The position numbers were made by a program, and so were the translations under genes. The notes beneath the pieces were generated by a model. The model worked only from the letters and a program-made list of their open reading frames with translations. It was not told where the DNA came from and searched no databases. A DNA stretch of 64,000 nucleotides from a virus: IMG/VR virus record IMGVR_UViG_3300021405_000007, positions 1 through 64,000 of that record. One strand, given 5' to 3'. Shown here piece after piece: positions 20,194 through 30,234 of this stretch; positions within the stretch are counted from its first letter, which is position 1, and each line of letters begins with the position of its first letter.

Positions 20194-20554
20194 AGATTTA
20201 GGAGCAGCATATGGTGAGGGTTTGTCTTGGCTTTTGGAATTGCAATTATTGCAAAATCCGGAACTCCTAAATGCCATTGTTTTAAACATCTTTAAGCTCT
20301 CTAACAGGGTAAAGAATCTTGAGTTTTTAGCAGATCAAAATAACAAAAGATTGCTAATTTGGTTGGAATTAGATTGGCTCGGAAAAAATTTTCATAAGAA
20401 AAACATCGAAAGATCCGTAATGGAGATGTTAGTATCTGTAATCCCCAATTTTAAAATTAGAGTCTGTTATGACCGGGTTTTATTTGATAAAGCTGTGAAA
20501 ACAGTAGAGGAACTAAAAAGTGGCAAGAAGAATCCAACAACAACAAATAAGTGA
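20183..20554 (+). CDS. hypothetical protein
   Basis: ORF in operon. Confidence 0.55.
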   Translation: MKVEDLGAAYGEGLSWLLELQLLQNPELLNAIVLNIFKLSNRVKNLEFLADQNNKRLLIWLELDWLGKNFHKKNIERSVMEMLVSVIPNFKIRVCYDRVLFDKAVKTVEELKSGKKNPTTTNK

Positions 20555-21161
20555 ATCTGACATTATTCAGTCAGAAGTCGCGGGTAGAAACTACCCAGTA
20601 GACGTTCTTAAAGATTTATTTGTAAAATCGGGAATGACTCCGAAACGCATCTCCCAAAAGTTCTTCATTTCTTTACCTAAACTTATGGAATATGCTGAAA
20701 CTTTCGAATGGTTTAGATTGAAGAAAGAGCATGATCGACTTCGACTTTTCACGGCACTCAATATACGTGCTGACAGCTTTTTAGATCATATGACGGCTGA
20801 TCAACGGGAACAAAGTCTAAAAATGGATCAAAGAAATCAAGAACTTGAGGAAGTAGAGAAACACTATGCTCAGCATCATCATCTTTTCTGTGTAGATGAG
20901 TACGGTAATGTTTTGAGAAACAAGATAACGGGACTTCCTATAAAAATGGAATTTGGATCTTCTAAAGAAGAACTACAAGAACGGCGGGAACTACAAGCAA
21001 GCGTAGAACTTAATGTAAAACTATTATCTGAAGCTATAAAACGCCTTCCTATAGATATTTCCGATGAAATAATTAACATTGACTCTAATAGTAGTATTAA
21101 AAAGGTTAAGAGTTTGGAACAAGCAGCAGACGCTATTTTTGAGGATGCTGAGAAAAAATGA
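20520..21161 (+). CDS. possible terminase small subunit
   Basis: HTH-like N-terminus, helical, overlaps the TerL start; positional inference. Confidence 0.4.
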   Translation: MARRIQQQQISESDIIQSEVAGRNYPVDVLKDLFVKSGMTPKRISQKFFISLPKLMEYAETFEWFRLKKEHDRLRLFTALNIRADSFLDHMTADQREQSLKMDQRNQELEEVEKHYAQHHHLFCVDEYGNVLRNKITGLPIKMEFGSSKEELQERRELQASVELNVKLLSEAIKRLPIDISDEIINIDSNSSIKKVKSLEQAADAIFEDAEKK

Positions 21162-22996
21162 AGTTCGATCCAGAATTCGTAGAAAAAATGAATGAATTAG
21201 AGTTCGCTCGTTTTTTTAAACGAATAAGAGAAAATATTCTTAAAGATCCCCTTAATAATTTTGTAAAGAATGAGCATCTTATAAATTTTCAACCGGGGCC
21301 GGGACAATCTGTATTTTTTAAGGTAATATTTGGTCAAAAACTAGATTATATAACTAAACATCCGGTCTTAACAGAAACCTCTGAAGGACTGAGATCTGAA
21401 GACTTTAAGCTGGAATATAGGAATTATACAGAGGTTGAACTCTATGAATTGTTCTCAGGATTAGTATATAGATATACCCCAGAACCTAGAAATCGTATAA
21501 ATAATATTTTGGGAAGACGTGCAGGAAAAACAATTACAGCCTCGATACTTTCTTTATTTCAAGCTATAAGAGTAAACTGGAAACCCTTTTTGACAAAAAC
21601 CCCCGTCGCATCGGTAGTCGTACTCTCTCACTCCGTTGAATTTTCCCAAGAAGTACTCGATGTTATCAAAGGTTTAATAGATGACTCTCCTATTTTTACT
21701 AGATTGCGAGATCTTCAACGTAAAAATACCCAATCAGTATTTCATTTAGCCGTTCCTTTTCTGCAAGATGATGGAAAAACTATAGAATACTCTAGAGTAG
21801 CTATCAAGGTTGGTGCAGCTTCTAAAAGAACAACCCGTGGTCGTGCCGTATGTACTTATATCGCAGACGAAATCGCTCACTGGGGTGCAGGAGACGAAAG
21901 TAAAGAGACAGATGTAGATATCATTAGAGCACTTCGTCCCTCTCTTTTGCAGTTTGGAAAACATGCTGCTCAATTTAAACTCTCTTCTCCTTGGGCAAAA
22001 GTTGGAATTTTATATGAGGAGTGGATGCGTAGAGAAGAGCTTCAAGAAGATTATATTCAGTTGAAGGCACCCTCTTGGATGATGAATCCGATACTTCCTG
22101 AACAGGAGTTTGCCAAAGAATTTAGAGATGATCCTGAGGGTTTTGATACCGAATTTAGAGCAAACTTTTCCGACTCTGTATCAAATTTCATCCAATCCGA
22201 ATTCGTGGATACTTGTGTTCTCAAAGACACCATTTTCTTACCTCCCGCTGAAAAACGGCAAGGAGTGAGGTATGAAGCCGCTATTGATGCCGCCTTTAAA
22301 TCAGATAGGTTTGCTTTTGTTCTAGTCGGCAATAATGGACACAGAATTACCCAATACGTATCCAAAAAGTGGGAAGGATCCAAGGGTGATCCAGTAAAAG
22401 CCTTCGAAGTGGCTAAATTTATTAGTAATATTTGTAAAGACTATGGAGTAAACCAAGTATCTGCTGATCAATATGCTTTTCAGCCATTAAAAGAGATTTT
22501 TCAACAATTTAATATTTCTCTTGTAGAACAAACCTTTACGATCACTTTCAAAAAGAAGATCTTTTTTACTTTAAGAAGAGCCATACACAACAATACTTTA
22601 GATTTACTTGATGATAGAACTCTGATAAAAGAGATAAAGGAGCTTCAAGTTGAACAAACTGGAATGGGACAGATTCGAATAGGTCACTTAAGGGGTGGTC
22701 ACGATGACATCGCATGTGCTTTAGCTATAGCAGTTCATACGGTTATGGAAAAATCAGGAACTGGAGAGATGACTTCCGCAGGAACTACAACTTATTCAGA
22801 GCAACCTACTGATATGTTTGGGAGAACCTTTACAGCTCCTAATCCAGAGTTATTGGGTGCATATAAAGGCTTTGAAGGGGTAGTTGATAACACTAAAGAT
22901 TGGATTAGGGATTCCCAAACTGGCAAAATGAGAAGGGTATCAGAAATAGAACAAGAAAATGAAGGGGATAACGACGGCTTCAATTTTGCAATTTAA
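21158..22996 (+). CDS. terminase large subunit
   Basis: GRRAGKT, IADEIAH, LSSP, AAIDAA, HDDIACALA. Confidence 0.93.
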   Translation: MKFDPEFVEKMNELEFARFFKRIRENILKDPLNNFVKNEHLINFQPGPGQSVFFKVIFGQKLDYITKHPVLTETSEGLRSEDFKLEYRNYTEVELYELFSGLVYRYTPEPRNRINNILGRRAGKTITASILSLFQAIRVNWKPFLTKTPVASVVVLSHSVEFSQEVLDVIKGLIDDSPIFTRLRDLQRKNTQSVFHLAVPFLQDDGKTIEYSRVAIKVGAASKRTTRGRAVCTYIADEIAHWGAGDESKETDVDIIRALRPSLLQFGKHAAQFKLSSPWAKVGILYEEWMRREELQEDYIQLKAPSWMMNPILPEQEFAKEFRDDPEGFDTEFRANFSDSVSNFIQSEFVDTCVLKDTIFLPPAEKRQGVRYEAAIDAAFKSDRFAFVLVGNNGHRITQYVSKKWEGSKGDPVKAFEVAKFISNICKDYGVNQVSADQYAFQPLKEIFQQFNISLVEQTFTITFKKKIFFTLRRAIHNNTLDLLDDRTLIKEIKELQVEQTGMGQIRIGHLRGGHDDIACALAIAVHTVMEKSGTGEMTSAGTTTYSEQPTDMFGRTFTAPNPELLGAYKGFEGVVDNTKDWIRDSQTGKMRRVSEIEQENEGDNDGFNFAI

Positions 22997-23005
22997 CCCT
23001 TCTAA

Positions 23006-23014
23006 TGGTATAAT
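23006..23014 (+). promoter_or_regulatory. extended -10 promoter
   Basis: TGGTATAAT, intergenic, upstream of the portal operon. Confidence 0.55.
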
Positions 23015-23047
23015 TTTATTGAAATTTTTTAAAATTGGGATAAATCT

Positions 23048-23419
23048 ATGTTAGATCTTTTATTGAAGCTCACGCAATATGACGGCCAGTTATTTTTGAA
23101 TGATCCCCCAGACAGTATTCGTTTTCAAAATAGAATCCAAGAAAAAGTAATTTCGGACATCTCCAGAATTCAAATCCCTTTAGCCAATTCAGCGACCAAT
23201 GCTACATTGATTCCTGCTAGTGTTGATTATTTGATTATAGCAGTTGATCAACAAGTTACAGCTTTATTAAATGGTTCAGTTACTCCAGTAACATTAACCC
23301 CACAAATGCCGGGAACTAAAGCAATCGTATTCTTAAATAAAGGTACGGTTAGCTCTTTATCAATAACTAATAATTCTGGTTCTATTGCTAATTTGGATGT
23401 CATAACAATAATCCTTTAA
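23048..23419 (+). CDS. hypothetical beta-rich, probably virion protein
   Basis: ORF between TerL and portal. Confidence 0.5.
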   Translation: MLDLLLKLTQYDGQLFLNDPPDSIRFQNRIQEKVISDISRIQIPLANSATNATLIPASVDYLIIAVDQQVTALLNGSVTPVTLTPQMPGTKAIVFLNKGTVSSLSITNNSGSIANLDVITIIL

Positions 23420-23439
23420 TCGTTTGAGACAAATGCAAA

Positions 23440-25347
23440 ATGGCTGATGAAAAAAAATCTAATATTTTTAAAAAAGCTCTAGAGGCAGGAGAAGCTCTTC
23501 TAGATGTGCAGATAGCAAAAGCTAGAAGTAGTGCCATTATGCAAATACCTGAGCAAGGTGATTTTGATTTTGGGACGGCCGTAACCAAAGATAGATATCA
23601 GATAGTCAATTCTCAAGGCTACCAAGACAAGATAGGTTCTGTAGGATACGAATTTCTTAAAATGATGGCTTTTAGATCATCCGTAGTTTCAGGCATTGTA
23701 AGAACTCGCCAAAATTTAGTCGCATCCTACGCCCTACTATGTAGAGAAGGTATCGATAGAGGTTGGAGGATTAGTATAAGGGATGAAGGGGAGAAAATTG
23801 CCGCTCTAGTCGAAGCTAAAATGGGTAAAGATGGAGAAAAAAAGGGACTAGATGAACGACAACTTAAAATTGAAGCCAAAAAAGAACTAGAAATAAAAGC
23901 TAAAGCTAAAAGACGGTACGTAGAAGATTTTATAGCCAATTGCGGTGAAAAAGAACATAAACCATTTGAAGCAAAAAGATGGAATTTTGATAGATATTTG
24001 AGAGCTTTAGTCTATGATTCCCTAGTGTATGATCAAATGGTAACAGAGTTTATAGAAAAAGAAGCGGCGATAAAAGGTGCCTCCACTTTATCCTATATAA
24101 GGCCTATTGATGCTTCTACGATTCGGTTTGCATCCTATCAATTGAGCTCTTCAATAAATAGTACTGCAATTGGTGACTACAACATTCTTTACCCGGAAGA
24201 AGAGCTTAGACAATTAGAGGAAGAAGGCGGAAAACTTGAATTAGATCAAAAACTTCTAGATGAAGGCGCCTATAAATATGTTCAGCTTATAAGAGGTAAA
24301 GTAGAAAGAGCTTTTACAGAAGAACAACTAGCATTGGGGGTTAGAAATCCCATCACCGATATAGCTTTCAATGGTTACGGGTTATCGGAGTTGGAAGTAA
24401 TACTAAGTTTGGTAACTTCCCACATGCAAACCGAACACTTTAATATCCTTTTTTTCCGTCAAGGTTTCTCTGCAAAAGGCATCCTGCATATAAAAGCTAA
24501 TCTAAATAGAAGCAAACTCGAAGAAATTAGAACTCATTGGAAACATTTGATTTCTGGTAATAGAAATACGTTTCAAACCCCAATATTTTCTGGTGCAGAT
24601 GATATTCAATGGATACCACTCACACAAAATCATTCAGAAATGGAATTCAGTCTTTGGATGAATTATTTGATTAAAATGATCTGTTCTACCTATCAAATAG
24701 ATCCTTTAGAAATTGGATTCGGTATTCAAGACGCTGGCGGTAGTAGTGGGGGAATGGGTCGTGACAACTCTGCAGAAAAATTAGAAAATTCCAGAGATAA
24801 GGGTTTCATTCCTTTAATGCGCTTCATGGAAAACTATATAAACGACAATATAATCTCTAGATTAGATCCTGAATTCAAGTTTGAATGGGTAGGATTAGTG
24901 GAAGATGATCCAGTTCAGCAAGTGCAACAGGAAGCACAGGAAGTCATCTACAAAAAAACTGTTAATGAAATTCGAGCAGAAAGTGGCTTAGAACCACTAG
25001 AACTTGGTGATATGATTCTAAGTCCGGTTTACTTCCAAGCTTGGTCTCAATTCAGCGAAGAAGCTCGTAATCTTAAAATGGAAGATCAGCAAGCACAAAT
25101 GGAGATGCAAAGCCAGTTTGCTCCACCGGAGCAAGAAGCTGATGAAGGACAATTTGAGGAAAATCCGGATGAACAGTTTGCTCGAGAAGAAGAAAGTAAA
25201 CAAAACGATCATGAACGAGATTTGGAATTAAAAGATAAAGATCATGAGAATAAACTCGAACAGATCAAAACTGAAGCGAAGGCTAGACCTGCTTTAAAAA
25301 AATCTATTAAACCAATTAAAATAGAGTATTATAAAATTAATGAGTAG
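23440..25347 (+). CDS. portal protein (Twort/SPO1-like)
   Basis: IDASTIR, NP..D...GYGLSELE, FFRQG..AKGIL, MEF..W..YLI...C..YQIDP.EIGF, KTVNEIRAE. Confidence 0.92.
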   Translation: MADEKKSNIFKKALEAGEALLDVQIAKARSSAIMQIPEQGDFDFGTAVTKDRYQIVNSQGYQDKIGSVGYEFLKMMAFRSSVVSGIVRTRQNLVASYALLCREGIDRGWRISIRDEGEKIAALVEAKMGKDGEKKGLDERQLKIEAKKELEIKAKAKRRYVEDFIANCGEKEHKPFEAKRWNFDRYLRALVYDSLVYDQMVTEFIEKEAAIKGASTLSYIRPIDASTIRFASYQLSSSINSTAIGDYNILYPEEELRQLEEEGGKLELDQKLLDEGAYKYVQLIRGKVERAFTEEQLALGVRNPITDIAFNGYGLSELEVILSLVTSHMQTEHFNILFFRQGFSAKGILHIKANLNRSKLEEIRTHWKHLISGNRNTFQTPIFSGADDIQWIPLTQNHSEMEFSLWMNYLIKMICSTYQIDPLEIGFGIQDAGGSSGGMGRDNSAEKLENSRDKGFIPLMRFMENYINDNIISRLDPEFKFEWVGLVEDDPVQQVQQEAQEVIYKKTVNEIRAESGLEPLELGDMILSPVYFQAWSQFSEEARNLKMEDQQAQMEMQSQFAPPEQEADEGQFEENPDEQFAREEESKQNDHERDLELKDKDHENKLEQIKTEAKARPALKKSIKPIKIEYYKINE

Positions 25348-25552
25348 AATAAAGATTTTTCTAGACAAAGATCAAACTCCAGAGCAAGCTAAAGAAGACC
25401 TTAAGAAAGCTATTGAAGCGTCTTCACCAGAAGCTGTTCATACTGAAAAATTTCATGATTCTGCAGCAGAAGATATCCTAGCTAAGATGGAAGACCTGCA
25501 CCGAAAGACTCTTAATAAGATACTAGAAGAAGTATACACCGTTATAAGGTAA
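25340..25552 (+). CDS. small head-associated hypothetical protein
   Basis: overlaps the portal stop; has an LKKA motif. Confidence 0.5.
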   Translation: MSRIKIFLDKDQTPEQAKEDLKKAIEASSPEAVHTEKFHDSAAEDILAKMEDLHRKTLNKILEEVYTVIR

Positions 25553-25559
25553 TAATTAC

Positions 25560-26450
25560 GTGCTCTTATCTAAAGAACAAATTTCTAAAATTCGAAAGAT
25601 AATAGAGCTAAATTACACTCGTTTACTACTTGAAATTTCTGGTAAAGGATCGCTTACTACTGATCAAATTGAACTTCTTGAAGAGTCCGATATCGATATA
25701 TCTAAATATTCCGATTCATTATTAAAACTAATATACATAAATCATTTTTTGAATAAAGTAGATGGAAAACATCAAACTCCCACTTCTGAAGAGTGGCTTC
25801 GAGCTCAACAAAATGGAGAACCTGATGGGCAACAGGCTAGGTTCATAGAGCATCTTAACGATAATTTGGCTAACTATATTAACAAGATAAAATCAAATGC
25901 CGTCTCAAAATTCGATGAGATTATAAGAGCCGCAAACCTTAACTACTATCACAAAGATTTGATAGAAGAAGATGTGGGCAAAATCTTTAAAGAAGAAACA
26001 ATTGCTCAAATAAAACAAAGTTTAAGAGACGCTTCAAAAGATTTATCTAAAGATTGGCAAAGAGTCGCTACTACTGAAATATCGAATGCCATCAGTCTAG
26101 GCGGTTTGCATAGGATAGCTTCCGAGAACGAAAACAATGATCTCGGAGAAGTATACGTTTACAGATTGGTTGTACCCGACACTAAAGCTTGCGACAAATG
26201 CAAGGAATTCTTTCTAGACTATGATGGAAGTCCAGTTCTTTATCGACTTAGTACACTTCTGTCTAATGGTTCAAATGTGGGTAAAAAGCAAGTGGATTGG
26301 TTACCGGGCATAGGTGCAATACACCCAAATGAACGGTGTTCTACTATATTGCAATTACCTAGAGGTTGGCGGCTTGGATTGAATGGAAACAACACTTATA
26401 TGGGAAAAGGGGAATGGGATGATTATATCAAACAAAAACTCCGCGGGTAG
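25560..26450 (+). CDS. MuF/gp7-like head morphogenesis protein
   Basis: WQRVATTE, ACDKC, HPNERC. Confidence 0.75.
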   Translation: MLLSKEQISKIRKIIELNYTRLLLEISGKGSLTTDQIELLEESDIDISKYSDSLLKLIYINHFLNKVDGKHQTPTSEEWLRAQQNGEPDGQQARFIEHLNDNLANYINKIKSNAVSKFDEIIRAANLNYYHKDLIEEDVGKIFKEETIAQIKQSLRDASKDLSKDWQRVATTEISNAISLGGLHRIASENENNDLGEVYVYRLVVPDTKACDKCKEFFLDYDGSPVLYRLSTLLSNGSNVGKKQVDWLPGIGAIHPNERCSTILQLPRGWRLGLNGNNTYMGKGEWDDYIKQKLRG

Positions 26451-27147
26451 ACTTAATAAGGATGAAAATCAAGAGTATATGGATATAATCCTACCCCCTA
26501 ACAGGTCTAATGATGAAATTTGGATCACTTCTTTTGACTTAGAAGCAGCTATTCAATTTAAAAAAGATGTTTTTAGAAAATTTGAAGAAGATCCTAAAAA
26601 ACCCATAGTGATAAATATTAACTCCTACGGCGGATCTGCTACAGGGTTATTTATGATGCTTGATACTATGGGTTCTATACTCGCAATAGCTGATACCCAA
26701 CATTTCTGTTTCGTTACTGCTTGCATGGGTGCAGCCATGTCGGCCGGCGCAGTTCTTTTATCGGCGGGCGGTATACGTTTTGCAACCCCCCTATCCTCAA
26801 TTATGCTTCACCAAGTTTCTAGCGATATTTATGGGCCAATGCCAGACGCAAGTGTTGAGTATGAAGAAATGAAAAGAATAAATGAAACAGTCTTGACTTT
26901 TCTTAATGAGAAATGCAAAATAAAAGGTGGAGTTGAAGAGTTAAAGGGTTTATTAGCAAGAAATAAATATTTGTCTCCGTGGGAAGCAAAAGAACTTGGA
27001 ATTATTGATCACGTAGGATACCCTAAACTCATAGCACATACTATCTATGAAATTGGAATAATGGGGTTAGTACAAGATGAGCCAAGAGAATTACCTAAAT
27101 CAAATAAAGTCTCTGGAAAAAAAGCTAAATCTCGTAAAGGCTTATAA
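26419..27147 (+). CDS. ClpP-family protease
   Basis: INSYGG, AAMSAGAVLL, IMLHQ, YLSPWEAKELGIID; start uncertain (26383/26419/26479). Confidence 0.9.
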   Translation: MIISNKNSAGRLNKDENQEYMDIILPPNRSNDEIWITSFDLEAAIQFKKDVFRKFEEDPKKPIVININSYGGSATGLFMMLDTMGSILAIADTQHFCFVTACMGAAMSAGAVLLSAGGIRFATPLSSIMLHQVSSDIYGPMPDASVEYEEMKRINETVLTFLNEKCKIKGGVEELKGLLARNKYLSPWEAKELGIIDHVGYPKLIAHTIYEIGIMGLVQDEPRELPKSNKVSGKKAKSRKGL

Positions 27148-27559
27148 AACTATAATAAATGATTCCTTAATTCTAGTTCAAAGCCTTAAACTGGAAGATA
27201 AAGAGTTAGAAACTGAAATAGTAGCTTCCCTAGCAAACTTTGCTCAAAGTAAAATCTCTGAACAGTTTGAAACTGCAACACCTAAAATATTAATACAACC
27301 AAACTCGCAACCTACTGAACAATCAGCGGCTAGCCGCTCTATTCAATTGCCAGAACCAGACTTTATGAAAGATCCCTTAAAGTTTGTAACTAAATTTAAA
27401 CATTGGTGTAATAAAGTAGGTAAATTTAAAGATGGACAAGGAAACGAAATTCAAGGTATCATAACAGGGTTAACATACCCTACACTTCAAGTATCGGTAG
27501 GAGATATGGATTTTTCAGTATCCCCAGCAGAAATACAGCTTATATTGGAGAAAAAATAA
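27077..27559 (+). CDS. hypothetical protein
   Basis: 160 aa ORF in operon. Confidence 0.55.
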   Translation: MSQENYLNQIKSLEKKLNLVKAYKTIINDSLILVQSLKLEDKELETEIVASLANFAQSKISEQFETATPKILIQPNSQPTEQSAASRSIQLPEPDFMKDPLKFVTKFKHWCNKVGKFKDGQGNEIQGIITGLTYPTLQVSVGDMDFSVSPAEIQLILEKK

Positions 27560-27560
27560 A

Positions 27561-28100
27561 ATGGGCGAGAAAAAAAGTAAACCACATGCAACACGTTCTT
27601 TTGAAGATATGATGGCTAGTGCTCAACTTAAAGCACTTCAACCATTTATACAACAACAAGTTTTGATTTCTGGTCGCGAGAATTTGATGCAACTTTCTCA
27701 ACTACTGCTTCAACATTTAGCAGAGTTTAGATTGAGAAATTTTGCTATTGAAGCAATTTTAAAAGAAAAACTTGGAGTTACTGATGAAGACATCGCTGAA
27801 AAAGTAAGTTCTGAAGAGGATAAAATTTTCAACTATTCAGAAGTAACTTATGGAGCATCGCAAGGAGATTTAGTTCGATTTGAGATTACAACTACTCTTG
27901 GAAAAGATTCAAAAAGACAGCCTTTAAATGGAAAAGTGGCTATTCAAGCTTTAAATTCAAAAAATGAATCTGGACAAGTTCAAACAATGTCTGAGTTAGA
28001 AGAAGCTCTTATCGGTATGACAAAAGGGGAATCTAAAACTTTAACATTAGATTCAGATGCTTATCATTTTACAGTTAAGAGAGTATCCAAAAAATTATAA
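27561..28100 (+). CDS. trigger-factor/FKBP-like domain protein
   Basis: GASQGDLVRFE...ELEEALIGMTKGESKT...FTVKRV resembles the trigger factor PPIase domain. Confidence 0.6.
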   Translation: MGEKKSKPHATRSFEDMMASAQLKALQPFIQQQVLISGRENLMQLSQLLLQHLAEFRLRNFAIEAILKEKLGVTDEDIAEKVSSEEDKIFNYSEVTYGASQGDLVRFEITTTLGKDSKRQPLNGKVAIQALNSKNESGQVQTMSELEEALIGMTKGESKTLTLDSDAYHFTVKRVSKKL

Positions 28101-28106
28101 AGGGCA

Positions 28107-28403
28107 TTGAAAATGATAGAAGTAGTAAATGGAAAACTTTTTGTAGAGAAATTAGCCAAACGTAAAAAAGAGGAAACAACAAATTCATTTTCTTCTTTTG
28201 GTCAGTTTTTAGATGCCGACAATAATATGGGTACTATTTTGATGCTTGAGGAAACTGCCACAGCCCTGAAGTATGGTATCAAAGAAGGCTGCACTGTTTA
28301 CTTTGGTAATAAAGTCGAGAAAATTTTTCTAGGTGGTAGAGAAGTTTTAGTAATGGAATTTGACAATGTTTTGGCCGTCGTTCGTTCCGATGAAAACGCA
28401 TGA
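28107..28403 (+). CDS. GroES-like co-chaperonin
   Basis: 98 aa; GKLFVE, G.I, IKEGCTVYF, GREVLVMEFDNVLAVV follow the cpn10 pattern. Confidence 0.7.
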   Translation: MKMIEVVNGKLFVEKLAKRKKEETTNSFSSFGQFLDADNNMGTILMLEETATALKYGIKEGCTVYFGNKVEKIFLGGREVLVMEFDNVLAVVRSDENA

Positions 28404-29188
28404 ATTTGGAACGCTTAAAAACTCTTCTTAATCCACAACCTTCTGTTATAGAAGTTATAAATCAATTTCTAAAACAAGAAGCCGCCAATAAACCTAAATC
28501 CGCAAAACAAGGTCACAGACCTTCTTCTCTAGGTTCTCCATGCCTAAGAAAGATTTATTATTCTTATTTTAGGGTAGAAGAAGAACCTATAAGTCCTGAA
28601 ACAGCTAAAATATTCAAAATGGGGATTTATGTAGAAAAGATGATGATGGAATTCCTTAAAGGAGTAAAACTTCATATTCCTTTCAGAGAAAAGAGTGGGA
28701 GTATTCCCACAGAAGATGGTGAACCTGATCCTCAATTTAGGGTTGGATCACCTAGATGGCGTATACGAATGGGAAAAATTGACAATGTAGCTCATTTCAA
28801 TGAAAAATTATGGATTTTTGAAATAAAATCAAAGAAATCAACCACTTTCAATAAAATGAAAACTCCTGATGAAGAGCATATAGTCCAAGTAGCTTTATAC
28901 TTTCAAATGTTTAATGATTATTATTTAGCAGGTAATTTTGCGCATATTCCAGAAATAACAGGTAAAGCTGAAGGTGCACGCCTTGTTTATGTAAATAAAG
29001 ATACAGCTGAACTCAAGGAGTTCGTACTAGATAAAACGGTGCTCCATGCAGCAGTCTATGAAATAGATAAAAAAGTAACCCTGGTTAATTCTTTTGCAGA
29101 TAAAAAGGTGTTGCCACCTAAAACCGCTCACTTTTGTCAGAATTGCCCATTTAAAGCAAAATGTGATAAAAATGCAAACGTAATCTAA
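28400..29188 (+). CDS. Cas4-like PD-(D/E)xK exonuclease
   Basis: PSSLG..CLRK, GKID, EIKS, QVALY, CQNCPF...C. Confidence 0.85.
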   Translation: MNLERLKTLLNPQPSVIEVINQFLKQEAANKPKSAKQGHRPSSLGSPCLRKIYYSYFRVEEEPISPETAKIFKMGIYVEKMMMEFLKGVKLHIPFREKSGSIPTEDGEPDPQFRVGSPRWRIRMGKIDNVAHFNEKLWIFEIKSKKSTTFNKMKTPDEEHIVQVALYFQMFNDYYLAGNFAHIPEITGKAEGARLVYVNKDTAELKEFVLDKTVLHAAVYEIDKKVTLVNSFADKKVLPPKTAHFCQNCPFKAKCDKNANVI

Positions 29189-29196
29189 ATTAAAGT

Positions 29197-29225
29197 TTGA
29201 CCATTTAGCCAAAAAGTGTTAAAAC
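29197..29225 (+). promoter_or_regulatory. sigma-70-type promoter
   Basis: TTGACC-N17-TAAAAC with TG extension. Confidence 0.55.
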
Positions 29226-29271
29226 TTTACTATAAGAATGGAAAAAGTCTTAAATTATAGGAAAAGTCAAA

Positions 29272-30234
29272 ATGAAAAATCAATTCTTAACCACTGCTTT
29301 GATAGGTTTACTTTCTGGCCAAATTGGAGCAGCCCCTATTCCAGTGCCAGCAAACACCAAACATGTTGCTTCAACGGCTGAAGTCGCTAAACCTAAAAAA
29401 ACCTATAAAACTGATATTGTACTTACTGATTCAAATACTATAGTATTCAGAGACGTCTTCATGGAAAATACGGTCGCAGTAGCTACGGTGAAAGCAAGAG
29501 AATTTGATGCTAAATTACCCAAAGACGCTGTGATCTACTTGATCATCAATTCTCCGGGCGGGGATATCGATGCTGGCATTGAATTCATTGAAAATATGAA
29601 TTCTTTGAATCATAAAGTGGTTACTTTAACTCAATTTTCAGCCTCTATGGGTTTTCAAACAGTACAAGGAGTAAACGGAGAACGTTTGATTCTAGCCAAT
29701 GGAACACTTATGAGCCATAAAGCTAAAGGTGGATTCAGTGGGGAGTTTGGACCAAATGGCGGTCAAATGAACACTAGATTTGAATATTATCTTAAAAGAG
29801 TCAAACGCTTAGATGAAAGAGCGGTTCAACGCACCAATGGCAAAATGGACTTAAAACAATATGAAGAACTTATTCGGGATGAATACTGGTGTGATGGTCA
29901 AGATTGTGTGAATAAAGGCTTCGCAGATAAAGTTGTTACTGCTACTTGCGATGATTCTTTATCTGGAACCCAAAATCTAGCAGTATCATTACCTTTCATG
30001 GGCATGATGATTCAAGCAAAAGCAGAAGTGGCCAAATGCCCCTTGATTACAGGGCCTTTGGGAATCGAAGCCGGAATGAAATTTTACGTCGATGGCAAAG
30101 AATATACTTCTGATACATTTAATGACATTAAATCAGAAAAATTGAAACAATACATTCTTGCCGAGTTTGAAAAAGCTACTGATAAACTCTCTCAAATTGC
30201 TGCTGGAACTTACAGAAATGCCGAAAGATACTAA
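29272..30234 (+). CDS. ClpP-family protease with putative signal peptide
   Basis: INSPGG, SASMG, LMSH, RDEYW; hydrophobic N-terminus. Confidence 0.8.
   Translation: MKNQFLTTALIGLLSGQIGAAPIPVPANTKHVASTAEVAKPKKTYKTDIVLTDSNTIVFRDVFMENTVAVATVKAREFDAKLPKDAVIYLIINSPGGDIDAGIEFIENMNSLNHKVVTLTQFSASMGFQTVQGVNGERLILANGTLMSHKAKGGFSGEFGPNGGQMNTRFEYYLKRVKRLDERAVQRTNGKMDLKQYEELIRDEYWCDGQDCVNKGFADKVVTATCDDSLSGTQNLAVSLPFMGMMIQAKAEVAKCPLITGPLGIEAGMKFYVDGKEYTSDTFNDIKSEKLKQYILAEFEKATDKLSQIAAGTYRNAERY

Noticed and set aside
28400-29188. Cas4-like nuclease suggesting a CRISPR-Cas locus
   Set aside because: No repeat-spacer array or other cas genes seen; solo Cas4-like nucleases are common in phages.
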